From assembly GCA_022842995.1 (NCBI GenBank), contig JALHOM010000007.1, positions 78-64,077 on the forward strand: a stretch of DNA of 64,000 nucleotides, in the 5' to 3' direction. The translations under genes and the position numbers were made by a program. Positions 55,480 through 64,000 of the stretch are shown here, in pieces (within the stretch, counting starts at the first letter, position 1; every line of letters begins with the position of its first letter). Below the pieces are notes generated by a model that was not told the origin of the DNA, searched no databases, and saw nothing but the letters and a program-made list of their open reading frames with translations. The DNA comes from Candidatus Saccharimonadota bacterium (GTDB taxonomy: Bacteria; Patescibacteriota; Saccharimonadia; Saccharimonadales; 2-12-FULL-41-12).

Positions 55480-56346
55480 TTAGCCAAGAATTCTGATGAG
55501 CCCTGAAACTGCTAACAGTGCGGTGCTGAATGGCAGAACAACCAAAGACTTAACGAACACAGCTTTGGCCCACTGCTCTGAGTTCTGCGACTTTTGTAGT
55601 GCAGAAGTAAGCCACCACAGGCATGCTACTGCGGCAAAAATCGAAAGTATAACACCGGCCCGATATTGAAACAGTACGGTTACGAGACTGACGAAGAAAA
55701 GCACTATAGAAACTTTGATTGTCAGGGTTATGGTTGATGGTTTATAGGCGATTGCGGGAGTAGGAATTTGCGCAGATTGATAGTCTTTCTTCCTGCGCAA
55801 ACCAATAGCGTAAAAATGAGCAATCTGCCAAAAAAACATCAGGCAGAATAATAGAAAGATGTCTGATCCGTTTAGGCTACCGGACGCCATATAGCCCACG
55901 ACCAAACCTGCTGCACCGGGCAGTGTCCCGAAAGGCACGGCAAGAGGTGTTTTTCGCTTCAGGAAGGTATAGATAAAGCCGTATGAAATATAGGCGGCAA
56001 GTCCGACAATGGCACATAAGGTAGTCGTTAACGTGAATAGTGCATAAAGTCCCAAAGAAGCTAGTATAGCGGACAAGCCAATCAGTTCGTGAGAGCTCAG
56101 GGCGCCGTTAGAAGACGGCCGTGAACGTGTCCGTTCCATTCGTTGGTCAATATCTCTATCAAATAAATTATTGATGACACAACCCGCCGCTACTAAAAGT
56201 GTGGTTCCTGATATAACACCGATCAGCGCAGTGAGTGAGAAATCAACGCCAGCAAAGAATAAGCCGGCGATGGCCGTTAAGACATTGGCTTTCACCAGTC
56301 CAGGCTTGGTTGCTTGGAAAAAAAGCCGAATTTTTGGCGGAATCAT
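55480..56346 (-). CDS. cyoE: Protoheme IX farnesyltransferase (heme O synthase)
   Basis: 288 aa of the UbiA family, with NNLFDRDIDQRMERTRSRP. Confidence 0.9.
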   Translation of the reverse strand: MIPPKIRLFFQATKPGLVKANVLTAIAGLFFAGVDFSLTALIGVISGTTLLVAAGCVINNLFDRDIDQRMERTRSRPSSNGALSSHELIGLSAILASLGLYALFTLTTTLCAIVGLAAYISYGFIYTFLKRKTPLAVPFGTLPGAAGLVVGYMASGSLNGSDIFLLFCLMFFWQIAHFYAIGLRRKKDYQSAQIPTPAIAYKPSTITLTIKVSIVLFFVSLVTVLFQYRAGVILSIFAAVACLWWLTSALQKSQNSEQWAKAVFVKSLVVLPFSTALLAVSGLIRILG

Positions 56347-56723
56347 TGCCGTATTTCGTAGCCTTCGTTTTCAAGTATTTTTTGTTCGATGTTTGGATCC
56401 TGGGGCTTCATATTGTAGTGGAGATTGTGCATAATCCAGAGTGAGCCAGCGACAATAGCAAAGACAGTCAGCGCTGTATAGATAAAGGCCATCTGGTTGT
56501 AGCGTGGCTTGGATTCTTGGTCTAGGTGCAAGAAGCAGATCAGTTGAGTCAATAATTGTCCGAAGGCAAATAAGGCTAGGGTTATCCCGAAAAGTAATCC
56601 CCCGCTGGTGTTGCTCGTTGCAAAAAAGTAGGCGGCAAGCGTGAAGATTAACGAAAATACGAAACCCTGAACATATAGTTTGAACGATTTGTCTTGAAGG
56701 AGTGATTTTGTCGGGGCGCTCAT
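56343..56723 (-). CDS. cyoD: Cytochrome o ubiquinol oxidase subunit IV
   Basis: 126 aa counted from the ATG at 56723 (MSAPTKSLLQDKSFKLYVQGFVFSL...), with three TM helices. Operon position fits. Confidence 0.8.
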   Translation of the reverse strand: MSAPTKSLLQDKSFKLYVQGFVFSLIFTLAAYFFATSNTSGGLLFGITLALFAFGQLLTQLICFLHLDQESKPRYNQMAFIYTALTVFAIVAGSLWIMHNLHYNMKPQDPNIEQKILENEGYEIRQ

Positions 56724-57307
56724 AGTGTCTTGTCTCCTATTAGGTATACAACCGTGAATATAAATATCCACACCACATCAAGAAAATGCCAGAACATGCT
56801 GAAGAGAGTGAGGCGTGAGATGGTGAGAGAGTCGATTTTTGAACGGAAAAACTTTGGCAGCAATACCAGCAGCCATATGATACCAGCGGTAATATGAAGC
56901 CCGTGAGTAGCTACCAAAGTAAAGTAGGCCGAGAGGAAGGCACTTTCGCGCCAGGAATGTCCTTCGTTGTACATTTTTATGAACTCGTACAGCTCCATGG
57001 CAAGGAATGACACTCCTAGAACAAGTGTAGCGATCAATAGTTTGCGTGCCAGCGAGATCATTGATTTTTTGGCCGCCAGAAGCGCGATCCCAGCGGTGAA
57101 GCTACTTGCAAGTAGCAGGAGTGTCTCCACGAGTATAAACGGCATATCAAATATATCGCTGGCCGATGGACCCCCGGCTGTGTTGTTTCGTAAAACGGCG
57201 TAAACCGCAAATAAGGTGGCGAATAAGATACAATCAGTCATCAGGTAGATCCAAAAACCGAGTTGTACTTTAGAGCTGTTTTGAGTGGACGCGAGAGTAT
57301 GGCTCAT
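56720..57307 (-). CDS. cyoC: Cytochrome o ubiquinol oxidase subunit III
   Basis: 195 aa counted from the ATG at 57307, which overlaps the cyoB stop as ATGA. Contains LGFWIYLMTDCILFATLFAVY...FWHFLDVVWIFIF. Confidence 0.9.
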   Translation of the reverse strand: MSHTLASTQNSSKVQLGFWIYLMTDCILFATLFAVYAVLRNNTAGGPSASDIFDMPFILVETLLLLASSFTAGIALLAAKKSMISLARKLLIATLVLGVSFLAMELYEFIKMYNEGHSWRESAFLSAYFTLVATHGLHITAGIIWLLVLLPKFFRSKIDSLTISRLTLFSMFWHFLDVVWIFIFTVVYLIGDKTL

Positions 57308-59271
57308 GATCTTGTCCTTTTGAGTAGTTGGTTCTCGTAGGCTTTTATAGCGGCTGCAGGGATTATGATTTCGCCTGGGTTTATGATGGAACGACGGATA
57401 AGAATTACTATGCAGCCAATAAGTCCAAGTGCCGCTAACCACCAGATATGCCATATCAGAGCAAAACCAACCGCACCTGCCATCCCGGCGATTATAATCC
57501 CATCTGGCGTGTTTCTAGGAAGCTCGATGTCTTCGTATGGGGAAGCATCTGGTTTGCTTTTTGATCGTTTTCTTTCCCAGAATTCGTCTCTATGCGTCAC
57601 TGATGGTAATTTAGCAAAGTTATAAAATGGTGCTGGCGATGGAGTTGACCATTCTAGAGTACGGCCGTTCCAAGGATCTCCATTTGTGTCACGGAGCTTG
57701 TGGCGCTGCTTAATACTAACGTAGAGCTGGAGAAGCTGTAACCCGACACCTAGCAATATGACACCCACACCGATAGCAGAAATAATAAACAGCCATTGCC
57801 AGCCAAGCGACGAGTCGTAGTGGTCTAGCCTCCTTGTGGCGCCCTTTAATCCTAAGATGTAGAGTGGCAAAAATGCCAGTAAAAAGCCGATTAGCCAGGC
57901 GCCAACTACATACGTTCCTAGTTTTTCGTGAAGCCTAAAGCCAAAAATTTTTGGAAACCAATAGATAAAGCCGGCGATATAGCCAAAGACCACTCCACCG
58001 ATAATCATGTTATGAAAGTGAGCTACAAGGAACATTGAATTGTGCATTTGGAAGTCGATTGCTGGAACGGACATCATAACGCCGGTCATCCCTCCAATCG
58101 TGAAGGTCATTACAAATCCTAAGAACCAGATCATCGGATTTTTAAAGTCAATCGAGCCTCTGTACATCGTGAATAACCAGTTGAAGACTTTAACGCCAGT
58201 TGGAATTGCGATAATCATTGTCATTATGCCGAAGAAGGCGTTCACATTTGGCCCAGCACCCATGGTGAAGAAGTGGTGTAGCCACACAATGTAAGACAGG
58301 ACGGCAATTGCCAACAATGCAATAACCATCGATTTATAGCCAAACAAGCGTTTTCGTGAAAAAGTAGCTACAATTTCAGAAAAAATACCGAAAGCAGGCA
58401 AAATCAGGATATAGACCTCCGGGTGTCCCCAGGCCCAAATGAGATTTACATACATCATTGGATCGCCACCGAGGGTGGTCGTAAAGAAATTCGTGCCTAG
58501 CAGGCGATCCAGGGAAAGCAGGCCTAAGGTAACGGTCAGCACAGGGAAGGCTGTTACGACGAGCATCATACTGGTTAAGACACTCCATGCAAAGATAGGC
58601 ATTTTCATGAGGGTCATTCCTGGTGCGCGCATTTTTAGAATTGTTGTAATGAAGTTTATTCCTGACAAAAGACTTCCAATTCCGGCAATTTGCAGACTCC
58701 AGATCCAGTAGTCAACGCCCACCCCAGGACTATATTCGAGGCCTGATAACGGTGGATAGGCCAACCACCCTGCTGCCGAGAATTCACCGATAATCAGGGA
58801 GGTGTTGACGAGTGCCATGCCGGCAAAAAACAACCAGAAACTGACAGAGTTCAGAAAAGGAAAAGCGACATCTCGTGCACCAAGCATCAGCGGTAGGACC
58901 AAATTTATAAGACCGAACATGAGGCCCATCGCTACGAAAAATATCATTATTGTTCCATGGGCAGAAAACATCTGTTGAAAATGATCGGAAGTGAGGTAGC
59001 CGCTGTTTTCTCCGCTCGCGATGGCAGTTTGTCCGCGCAACATGGCGGCATCCATGAGACCTCTGAGCAGCATCAGTGTGGCCACAACAATATACATGAT
59101 GCCTATTTTTTTCGCATCAAGGGAGGTCAGCCACTCTTTGTAAAGCCATCCCCAACGTTTTTTATAAGTCAGAAGTGCAGCGATGCCAATAGTGCCTCCG
59201 ATTAATGAAATTGCACCACCGATTGCTATTGGGTCGTATGGTAGAGCGTCAAGGTTTAGTTTACCGAGCAT
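57304..59271 (-). CDS. cyoB: Cytochrome o ubiquinol oxidase subunit I (heme-copper oxidase)
   Basis: 655 aa with WAWGHPEVYILILPAFG and HFHNMIIGG. Confidence 0.97.
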   Translation of the reverse strand: MLGKLNLDALPYDPIAIGGAISLIGGTIGIAALLTYKKRWGWLYKEWLTSLDAKKIGIMYIVVATLMLLRGLMDAAMLRGQTAIASGENSGYLTSDHFQQMFSAHGTIMIFFVAMGLMFGLINLVLPLMLGARDVAFPFLNSVSFWLFFAGMALVNTSLIIGEFSAAGWLAYPPLSGLEYSPGVGVDYWIWSLQIAGIGSLLSGINFITTILKMRAPGMTLMKMPIFAWSVLTSMMLVVTAFPVLTVTLGLLSLDRLLGTNFFTTTLGGDPMMYVNLIWAWGHPEVYILILPAFGIFSEIVATFSRKRLFGYKSMVIALLAIAVLSYIVWLHHFFTMGAGPNVNAFFGIMTMIIAIPTGVKVFNWLFTMYRGSIDFKNPMIWFLGFVMTFTIGGMTGVMMSVPAIDFQMHNSMFLVAHFHNMIIGGVVFGYIAGFIYWFPKIFGFRLHEKLGTYVVGAWLIGFLLAFLPLYILGLKGATRRLDHYDSSLGWQWLFIISAIGVGVILLGVGLQLLQLYVSIKQRHKLRDTNGDPWNGRTLEWSTPSPAPFYNFAKLPSVTHRDEFWERKRSKSKPDASPYEDIELPRNTPDGIIIAGMAGAVGFALIWHIWWLAALGLIGCIVILIRRSIINPGEIIIPAAAIKAYENQLLKRTRS

Positions 59272-60206
59272 CAGTGGTGTCCTCCTGAATGCTCGCTGCT
59301 TTCGCTTGAGCTTTCATTTTTGATGTTTGAGCCATGATGATACTTGTGTGAACTGTGTGTGTAGCGTTCCATAATCTTCCAGTATAGATCCTCTTCCTTT
59401 AAATAAAATAGAGTTGGGTTTGGCGGGATCGAAGGTTTTCTGAGTTCGTTATACGTGGTCGTATCTAGCTGAGCTAGGGTGGGTTTGCTCGTTTGAGTCC
59501 AGTCATAGAATTCTGATTCCGCTGTGCTATCAACGGTAAATCTCATGTCAGCAAAACCTGGACCGGAGATATTACTAGAGACACCGTTATATGTACCAGT
59601 CTCATTCGCAATTAAATGTAATTGAGTGCTCATGCCGGTCATCGTGTAAATCATACCTCCTAATTGCGGTATCCAGAACGAATTCATGGGAGCATCTGAA
59701 GTAAGTACGAATTTAACGGGACGATCGACGGGTATCTGCGCATAATTAACGCTAGCTATGTTGTATTCGGGGTAGATAAATAGCCACTTCCATTGGAGTG
59801 ATACTACTTGAATTTCGAGCGGCTCTTTAGTACTTTGAATTGGCCTGAATGGATCGAGCTCGTGGGTAGACTTCCAGGTTACCACCGACAGGATGATAAT
59901 GATAAAAATAGGTATTCCCCACCACATCGTTTCGGCTTTTTTACTATGGTCCCAATCTGGCTGATAGTCCACTGGCTTTTTTGAAGCGCGATATTTTATG
60001 GATACGTAGATGGTGAGTGCGAACACGGGAAGAATAACTAGCAAAGATAGTGCCGTTGCAAAAACTATAAGATCAAATTGCTTTTGTGCTATCTCCCCTT
60101 TAGGGTTTAGTACGGCGTTATCTCCTGTTATGAGCACAAATACGGTAGCAGCAATTATGAAAAAGCTGAGCCCCCCTAGCAGTGCAAGAAAAGTCTTTTT
60201 CCTCAC
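59271..60206 (-). CDS. cyoA: Cytochrome o ubiquinol oxidase subunit II (quinol-type, no CuA ligand pattern)
   Basis: 311 aa. TSDAPMNSFWIPQLGGMIYTMTGMSTQLHLIAN closely parallels the E. coli CyoA segment (MNSFFIP.LG.QIY.M.GM.T.LHLIAN), rather than the CuA HSF...C..C.H pattern. Confidence 0.9.
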   Translation of the reverse strand: MRKKTFLALLGGLSFFIIAATVFVLITGDNAVLNPKGEIAQKQFDLIVFATALSLLVILPVFALTIYVSIKYRASKKPVDYQPDWDHSKKAETMWWGIPIFIIIILSVVTWKSTHELDPFRPIQSTKEPLEIQVVSLQWKWLFIYPEYNIASVNYAQIPVDRPVKFVLTSDAPMNSFWIPQLGGMIYTMTGMSTQLHLIANETGTYNGVSSNISGPGFADMRFTVDSTAESEFYDWTQTSKPTLAQLDTTTYNELRKPSIPPNPTLFYLKEEDLYWKIMERYTHSSHKYHHGSNIKNESSSESSEHSGGHH

Positions 60207-60373
60207 AAGATTTATTGTTCCTCTCTATTAATATCTATAGTACCATAAGCACTAAAGTCAGTGGCTAAAACTGCTATTGCAGCATTAATTCCGTTCCATT
60301 AAATAGATGAATAATCAACAACGAAGTAAATGTTTACGAGAGCCTAGGCGTATGGGATAGTTATTGTAGCTTT

Positions 60374-61294
60374 ATGGATAAGAAAAAAATTGACCGCTAT
60401 ATAACCGAACTTAACATGGATGGTCTTCGTGGTCGTATGTTGCGTAAACCAGCTACGGGTAGTAATAAGCAGGAGATACTTCTGATCTATGGGCACCATT
60501 CTAGCCTGGAGCGCATGTATAGTTTTGCTGACGCGTTGAGTGATTATGGCTCGGTAACTATTCCGGATTTACCTGGTTTTGGTGGGATGGATTCGTTCTA
60601 TAGCATCGGTGAAAAGCCGAGTATTGATCAACTAGGAGATTATTTGGCAGCGTTTGTAAAAATGAAATACAAGCGCAAGAAGGTTATTTTGGTCGGTTTT
60701 TCATTGTCGGTTCCGATTATTATAAATATGCTTCAAAGGTATCCGGAGCTAACTTCTAGGGTCACCTACATTCTGAGCGTGGTCGGTTTTGTGCATAAAG
60801 AGGATTTTGCCATGCCAGACCGTTATCAACGAGCGCTGAAAGCTCTTTCCTGGGTAGGGTCCACGAAAGTGGTATCGTTTATTGTGTCGAAGCTTATCTT
60901 AAGGCCGTTTGTTATAAAATCAGCCTATCGTCTGGTAGCTTCGCGTCACCAAAAAATGAAATCAGATGGTCAGATTAGTATTAACGAACTTCTTGATTTC
61001 GAGGTAGAGCTATGGACGATAAACGACGTAAGAACGTGGTTTTATACGATGGGTGAGATGTTCCGGCTTGATTTGTGTCATACAAGAGTTGATGTTCCGA
61101 TTCATCATGTTTCCCCGGACAGTGACGCGTATCTCGATGATGCCGTCGTCCAGCAGCACATGCAAATAATTTTTAAAAATTTTAAGTCTTATAAAACCAA
61201 AATGTTGGATCATGCGCCGAGTGTTGTTGCCGATAAAAAAGAGATACTTCCCCTCTTCCCGCCCAAAGTAAGAAAGTTACTCGCCAATCGATAA
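60374..61294 (+). CDS. Alpha/beta hydrolase family protein
   Basis: 306 aa with ILLIYGHHSS (oxyanion region) and the elbow VGFSLS. Confidence 0.65.
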   Translation: MDKKKIDRYITELNMDGLRGRMLRKPATGSNKQEILLIYGHHSSLERMYSFADALSDYGSVTIPDLPGFGGMDSFYSIGEKPSIDQLGDYLAAFVKMKYKRKKVILVGFSLSVPIIINMLQRYPELTSRVTYILSVVGFVHKEDFAMPDRYQRALKALSWVGSTKVVSFIVSKLILRPFVIKSAYRLVASRHQKMKSDGQISINELLDFEVELWTINDVRTWFYTMGEMFRLDLCHTRVDVPIHHVSPDSDAYLDDAVVQQHMQIIFKNFKSYKTKMLDHAPSVVADKKEILPLFPPKVRKLLANR

Positions 61295-61335
61295 TACCCC
61301 AGTAGATGGTATACTAAGAGCAAGATATTTTGCTT

Positions 61336-62469
61336 ATGAAAATTGGTTTAGTTTGTCCATATAATATGTTTCGTGGTGGAGGCGTTCAGGAGTGCGTTCT
61401 TGCTCTTCGTGAAGGTATTGTTGCGCGCGGTCACGAAGCTTTCATTATTACACCGCAACCTCGGGATTATAAAGAAGACCCGCCGGAAGGATTTATTTTT
61501 GTTGGTACAGGACGGATGATTCGGGCTTCACATACGACATCTGATTTATCGGTTAGCATTGATTTTGCTCGTTTGCAAGAAGTGCTGGATACGTATCAGT
61601 TTGATATTCTTCATTTTCATGAACCCTGGGTTCCTATTATCTCTCGGCAGCTACTCTCGCGCTCCAGTGCTATTCATATTGCGACTTTTCATGCTGCCAT
61701 GTCTGAGCGTCGAACTTCCAGGACGTTTGAAAAAGTTATTATCCCTTATACCAAATCTATCTTGAAATATCTTGATGTTATGACCGCTGTCTCGCCGACG
61801 GCAACAAATTATGTACGATCATTAACTTCGCGGAAAATTAAAATTGTACCCAATGGAATAGATCTAAATAAGTATAATCACTCGCATGTTAGCGATCCTC
61901 CTAAGGCACCTAAGCAAATTCTCTACGTTGGCCGTTTAGAAAAGCGAAAAGGGGTAAATTATTTATTGAATGCCTTCAAAGAGTTGGTAGCTATCGACGA
62001 TGGCTTTACACTGCTGATTGCCGGTGATGGCCCGGATCGAGAGAAACTAGAGGATCAGGTAATGCTCAATTCCATACCCGGTGTTACCTTCTTGGGTTAT
62101 ATCGATGACGAAACGAAGCAGCGCCTCCTGAAAGAATCGGCCGTATTTTGTTCACCGGCTCTTTATGGGGAAAGTTTTGGGATTGTTTTACTTGAGGCCA
62201 TGGCCTCCGGATGTGTAACGGTTGCTGGAAATAATTCTGGGTATGCTAGCGTCATGCAAGACGAAGGAGAGATTTCTTTGGTCAACCCAAAGGATTCACT
62301 CGAATTTGCTCGAAGGTTGCAGCTGCTTGCAACCAACCGACCCTTGAGGGACGTCTGGCGCCATTGGGCTCAAGCAAGCATCGGGCAGTACGATTATTCT
62401 GAGGTAGTCGATCAATACGTAGCTATTTATCAAGAGGCGTACGACAAACATCAAGCTACTCACCCTTAA
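61336..62469 (+). CDS. Glycosyltransferase family 4 (PimA-like)
   Basis: MKIGLVCPYNMFRGGGVQECVLALREGIVARGHEAFIITP, the EKRKG motif, and GESFGIVLLEAMASG. I prefer the ATG at 61336 over the TTG at 61330. Confidence 0.85.
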   Translation: MKIGLVCPYNMFRGGGVQECVLALREGIVARGHEAFIITPQPRDYKEDPPEGFIFVGTGRMIRASHTTSDLSVSIDFARLQEVLDTYQFDILHFHEPWVPIISRQLLSRSSAIHIATFHAAMSERRTSRTFEKVIIPYTKSILKYLDVMTAVSPTATNYVRSLTSRKIKIVPNGIDLNKYNHSHVSDPPKAPKQILYVGRLEKRKGVNYLLNAFKELVAIDDGFTLLIAGDGPDREKLEDQVMLNSIPGVTFLGYIDDETKQRLLKESAVFCSPALYGESFGIVLLEAMASGCVTVAGNNSGYASVMQDEGEISLVNPKDSLEFARRLQLLATNRPLRDVWRHWAQASIGQYDYSEVVDQYVAIYQEAYDKHQATHP

Positions 62470-62483
62470 AGGACGGATGATTC

Positions 62484-63665
62484 ATGTCCAAAGTAACGAA
62501 AAGCAAGCAAGCGAGTAGAAGAATCCTCAAGATTGCTTATGTCATAGATGATGGCATGAACTCCGAGGATGGTGTCCAGGCTTATGTAAAGACGCTCGGT
62601 GCGTGGATGAGTTCTCGGGGACACAGCGTACACTATTTATGCGGAGAAACCTCAAGAACGGATATTCCTGGTCTCTATCCACTTGCGAAAAACCTCAAAG
62701 TTACATTTAACGGTAATCGTTTAAGTATGCCTTGGCCGACGTCGACGGCTAAAATTAAGCAACACGTACAGATGAATGACTATGACGTTGTGCATGTCCA
62801 GATTCCTCATAGTCCTTTTTTCGGGGCTAAAGTAGCTAGATTGTCTTCAGAAAAATCCGTCGTCATGAGCACCTTTCATATACTGCCGTATGGTGTTGTG
62901 GCCCGTTATGGTTCGAAACTCTTAGGTATCTGGCTTTGCAGAAATTTACGTTATTTTGATAAACATATCGCAAATTCGCCGGCTACGATGATGTTTTCGC
63001 GCTGGGCTTTTGGGTTAAAAGATAGTGTTCTTGTTCCAAACATGGTCAATTTGGCGCTTTTCTCTCCGAAACAAGATAGACATATCTCGCCCGCCAATAA
63101 AACCTTTGAAATTGTTTTCGTGGGGCGATTAGTCGAGCGGAAAGGCTGTCGGTACTTACTGCAGGCGGCACGGAGGCTTCATGGGCAACAGCCTGATCTT
63201 GATTTTAAAATTCATATTTGCGGTAAGGGTCCCCTTGAAGGTGAGCTTCAGCGGCTAGCGAATGAGAACGGGCTGAAAGATGTGGTCGAGTTCCATGGAT
63301 TTATTAGTAATGAGGAGAAAGTTCGTCGTCTCCAGGCGGCGGATATTGCTGTCTTCCCGTCGTACTCCGGTGAAAGTTTTGGTATCGTACTGATCGAGGC
63401 TATGGCGGCAGGAGCAGGGGTTGTTATTGGTGGTAATAACCCAGGCTACTCTTATGTTTTGCAAGAGACGCCTGAGACTCTTGTCGATGTGCAGGACGAA
63501 GAAAGATTCGCTGAACTTCTTGGACGCGTCATGACAGATGTCGATTTTTATAAAAAAATCCACGAAAAACAGCAGCAATCTGTTCGCCAATTTGATGTCG
63601 AGGTTGTAGGCAATCAGATACTAGAACTGTACGAAAGTTGCATGCATCGTCGAAATCGTAAATAA
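62484..63665 (+). CDS. Glycosyltransferase family 4
   Basis: 393 aa with VERKG and GESFGIVLIEAMAAGAGVV. It is a paralogue of the preceding gene. Confidence 0.85.
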   Translation: MSKVTKSKQASRRILKIAYVIDDGMNSEDGVQAYVKTLGAWMSSRGHSVHYLCGETSRTDIPGLYPLAKNLKVTFNGNRLSMPWPTSTAKIKQHVQMNDYDVVHVQIPHSPFFGAKVARLSSEKSVVMSTFHILPYGVVARYGSKLLGIWLCRNLRYFDKHIANSPATMMFSRWAFGLKDSVLVPNMVNLALFSPKQDRHISPANKTFEIVFVGRLVERKGCRYLLQAARRLHGQQPDLDFKIHICGKGPLEGELQRLANENGLKDVVEFHGFISNEEKVRRLQAADIAVFPSYSGESFGIVLIEAMAAGAGVVIGGNNPGYSYVLQETPETLVDVQDEERFAELLGRVMTDVDFYKKIHEKQQQSVRQFDVEVVGNQILELYESCMHRRNRK

Positions 63666-63690
63666 TAAAAGGCATAAGAGGCTCTTTTGT

Positions 63691-64000
63691 ATGAGAAACG
63701 GAAAAAATATTCATGTAACTTTTGAAACGGCGACGGTAATTCGAGTCATATTGTTGGTTGTTGTCACAATTCTTGGCTTGATGTTCTTGAGCAAAATCAT
63801 CCAGCCGCTGATATTGATCGTGGTGTCCTTCTTTTTGGCAATCGGCCTCAACCCGATCGTGTCATGGATTGCAAGTATCTTTAAGAGTCAGAACCGGGTT
63901 TTGGCAACTGGAATCGCTTATTCTTTAGTCATCGGATTTTTGATCGCATTTTTCTCTTTCGTGTTCCCGCCTCTTGTGAAGCAGACGGTTGATTTTGTCA
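63691..64000 (+). CDS. AI-2E family transporter (PerM-like), N-terminal part; continues past window end
   Basis: My translation from the ATG at 63691 reads MRNGKNIHVTFETATVIRVILLVVVTILGLMFLSKIIQPLILIVVSFFLAIGLNPIVSWIASIF... with no stop up to 64000. The N-terminal TM pattern is typical of the family. Confidence 0.6.
   Translation, partial: MRNGKNIHVTFETATVIRVILLVVVTILGLMFLSKIIQPLILIVVSFFLAIGLNPIVSWIASIFKSQNRVLATGIAYSLVIGFLIAFFSFVFPPLVKQTVDFV

Overview
Gene-dense 64-kb bacterial window using the standard genetic code: TGA acts as a stop in several ATGA gene overlaps. Gene content suggests a small-genome CPR/Patescibacteria organism, Saccharibacteria-like, but this is an unverified inference. 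From left to right the window contains: (1) a five-gene, translationally coupled Type I R-M operon on the minus strand, in the order hsdM, RhuM-Fic/DOC, hsdS, ABC-type ATPase with a HEPN-like tail, and hsdR, with hsdR truncated by the window edge; (2) tRNA-Asn, SIMPL and CAP-domain proteins, smpB, a membrane-anchored glycosidase, and orphan proteins; (3) an alpha/beta-hydrolase + GT2 + GT4 block and a corrinoid adenosyltransferase gene; (4) a complete F1Fo ATP synthase operon (atpI-like, then B, E, F, H, A, G, D, C); (5) a PaaX-like regulator, a UvrD/RecB-type helicase-nuclease, cell-wall enzymes (SLT, M15 peptidase, class A beta-lactamase-like), trehalase, and a DEAD-box helicase; (6) tRNA-Gln followed by small housekeeping and orphan genes; (7) a compact aerobic respiratory block: NDH-2, an FAD-linked oxidase, and the cyoABCDE quinol oxidase with heme O synthase; (8) a second hydrolase + two GT4 block and the start of an AI-2E transporter. 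The observations I rate highest are non-coding. First, three unrelated genes (cobO, smpB, tRNA-Gln) are each followed by tandem copies of their own 3' end separated by short hairpin-rich spacers. The cobO copies differ from the live gene only at synonymous sites. Second, a family of mosaic nested-palindrome intergenic elements built from short word repeats is present, including (TTTCTAG)n arrays that place stops in all six frames. Third, a 36-41 bp palindrome occurs three times, twice flanking the PaaX-like regulator. The best protein-level candidate is the PrrC/RloC-like ATPase-HEPN gene inside the R-M operon. I found no rRNA, CRISPR array, integrase or transposase.
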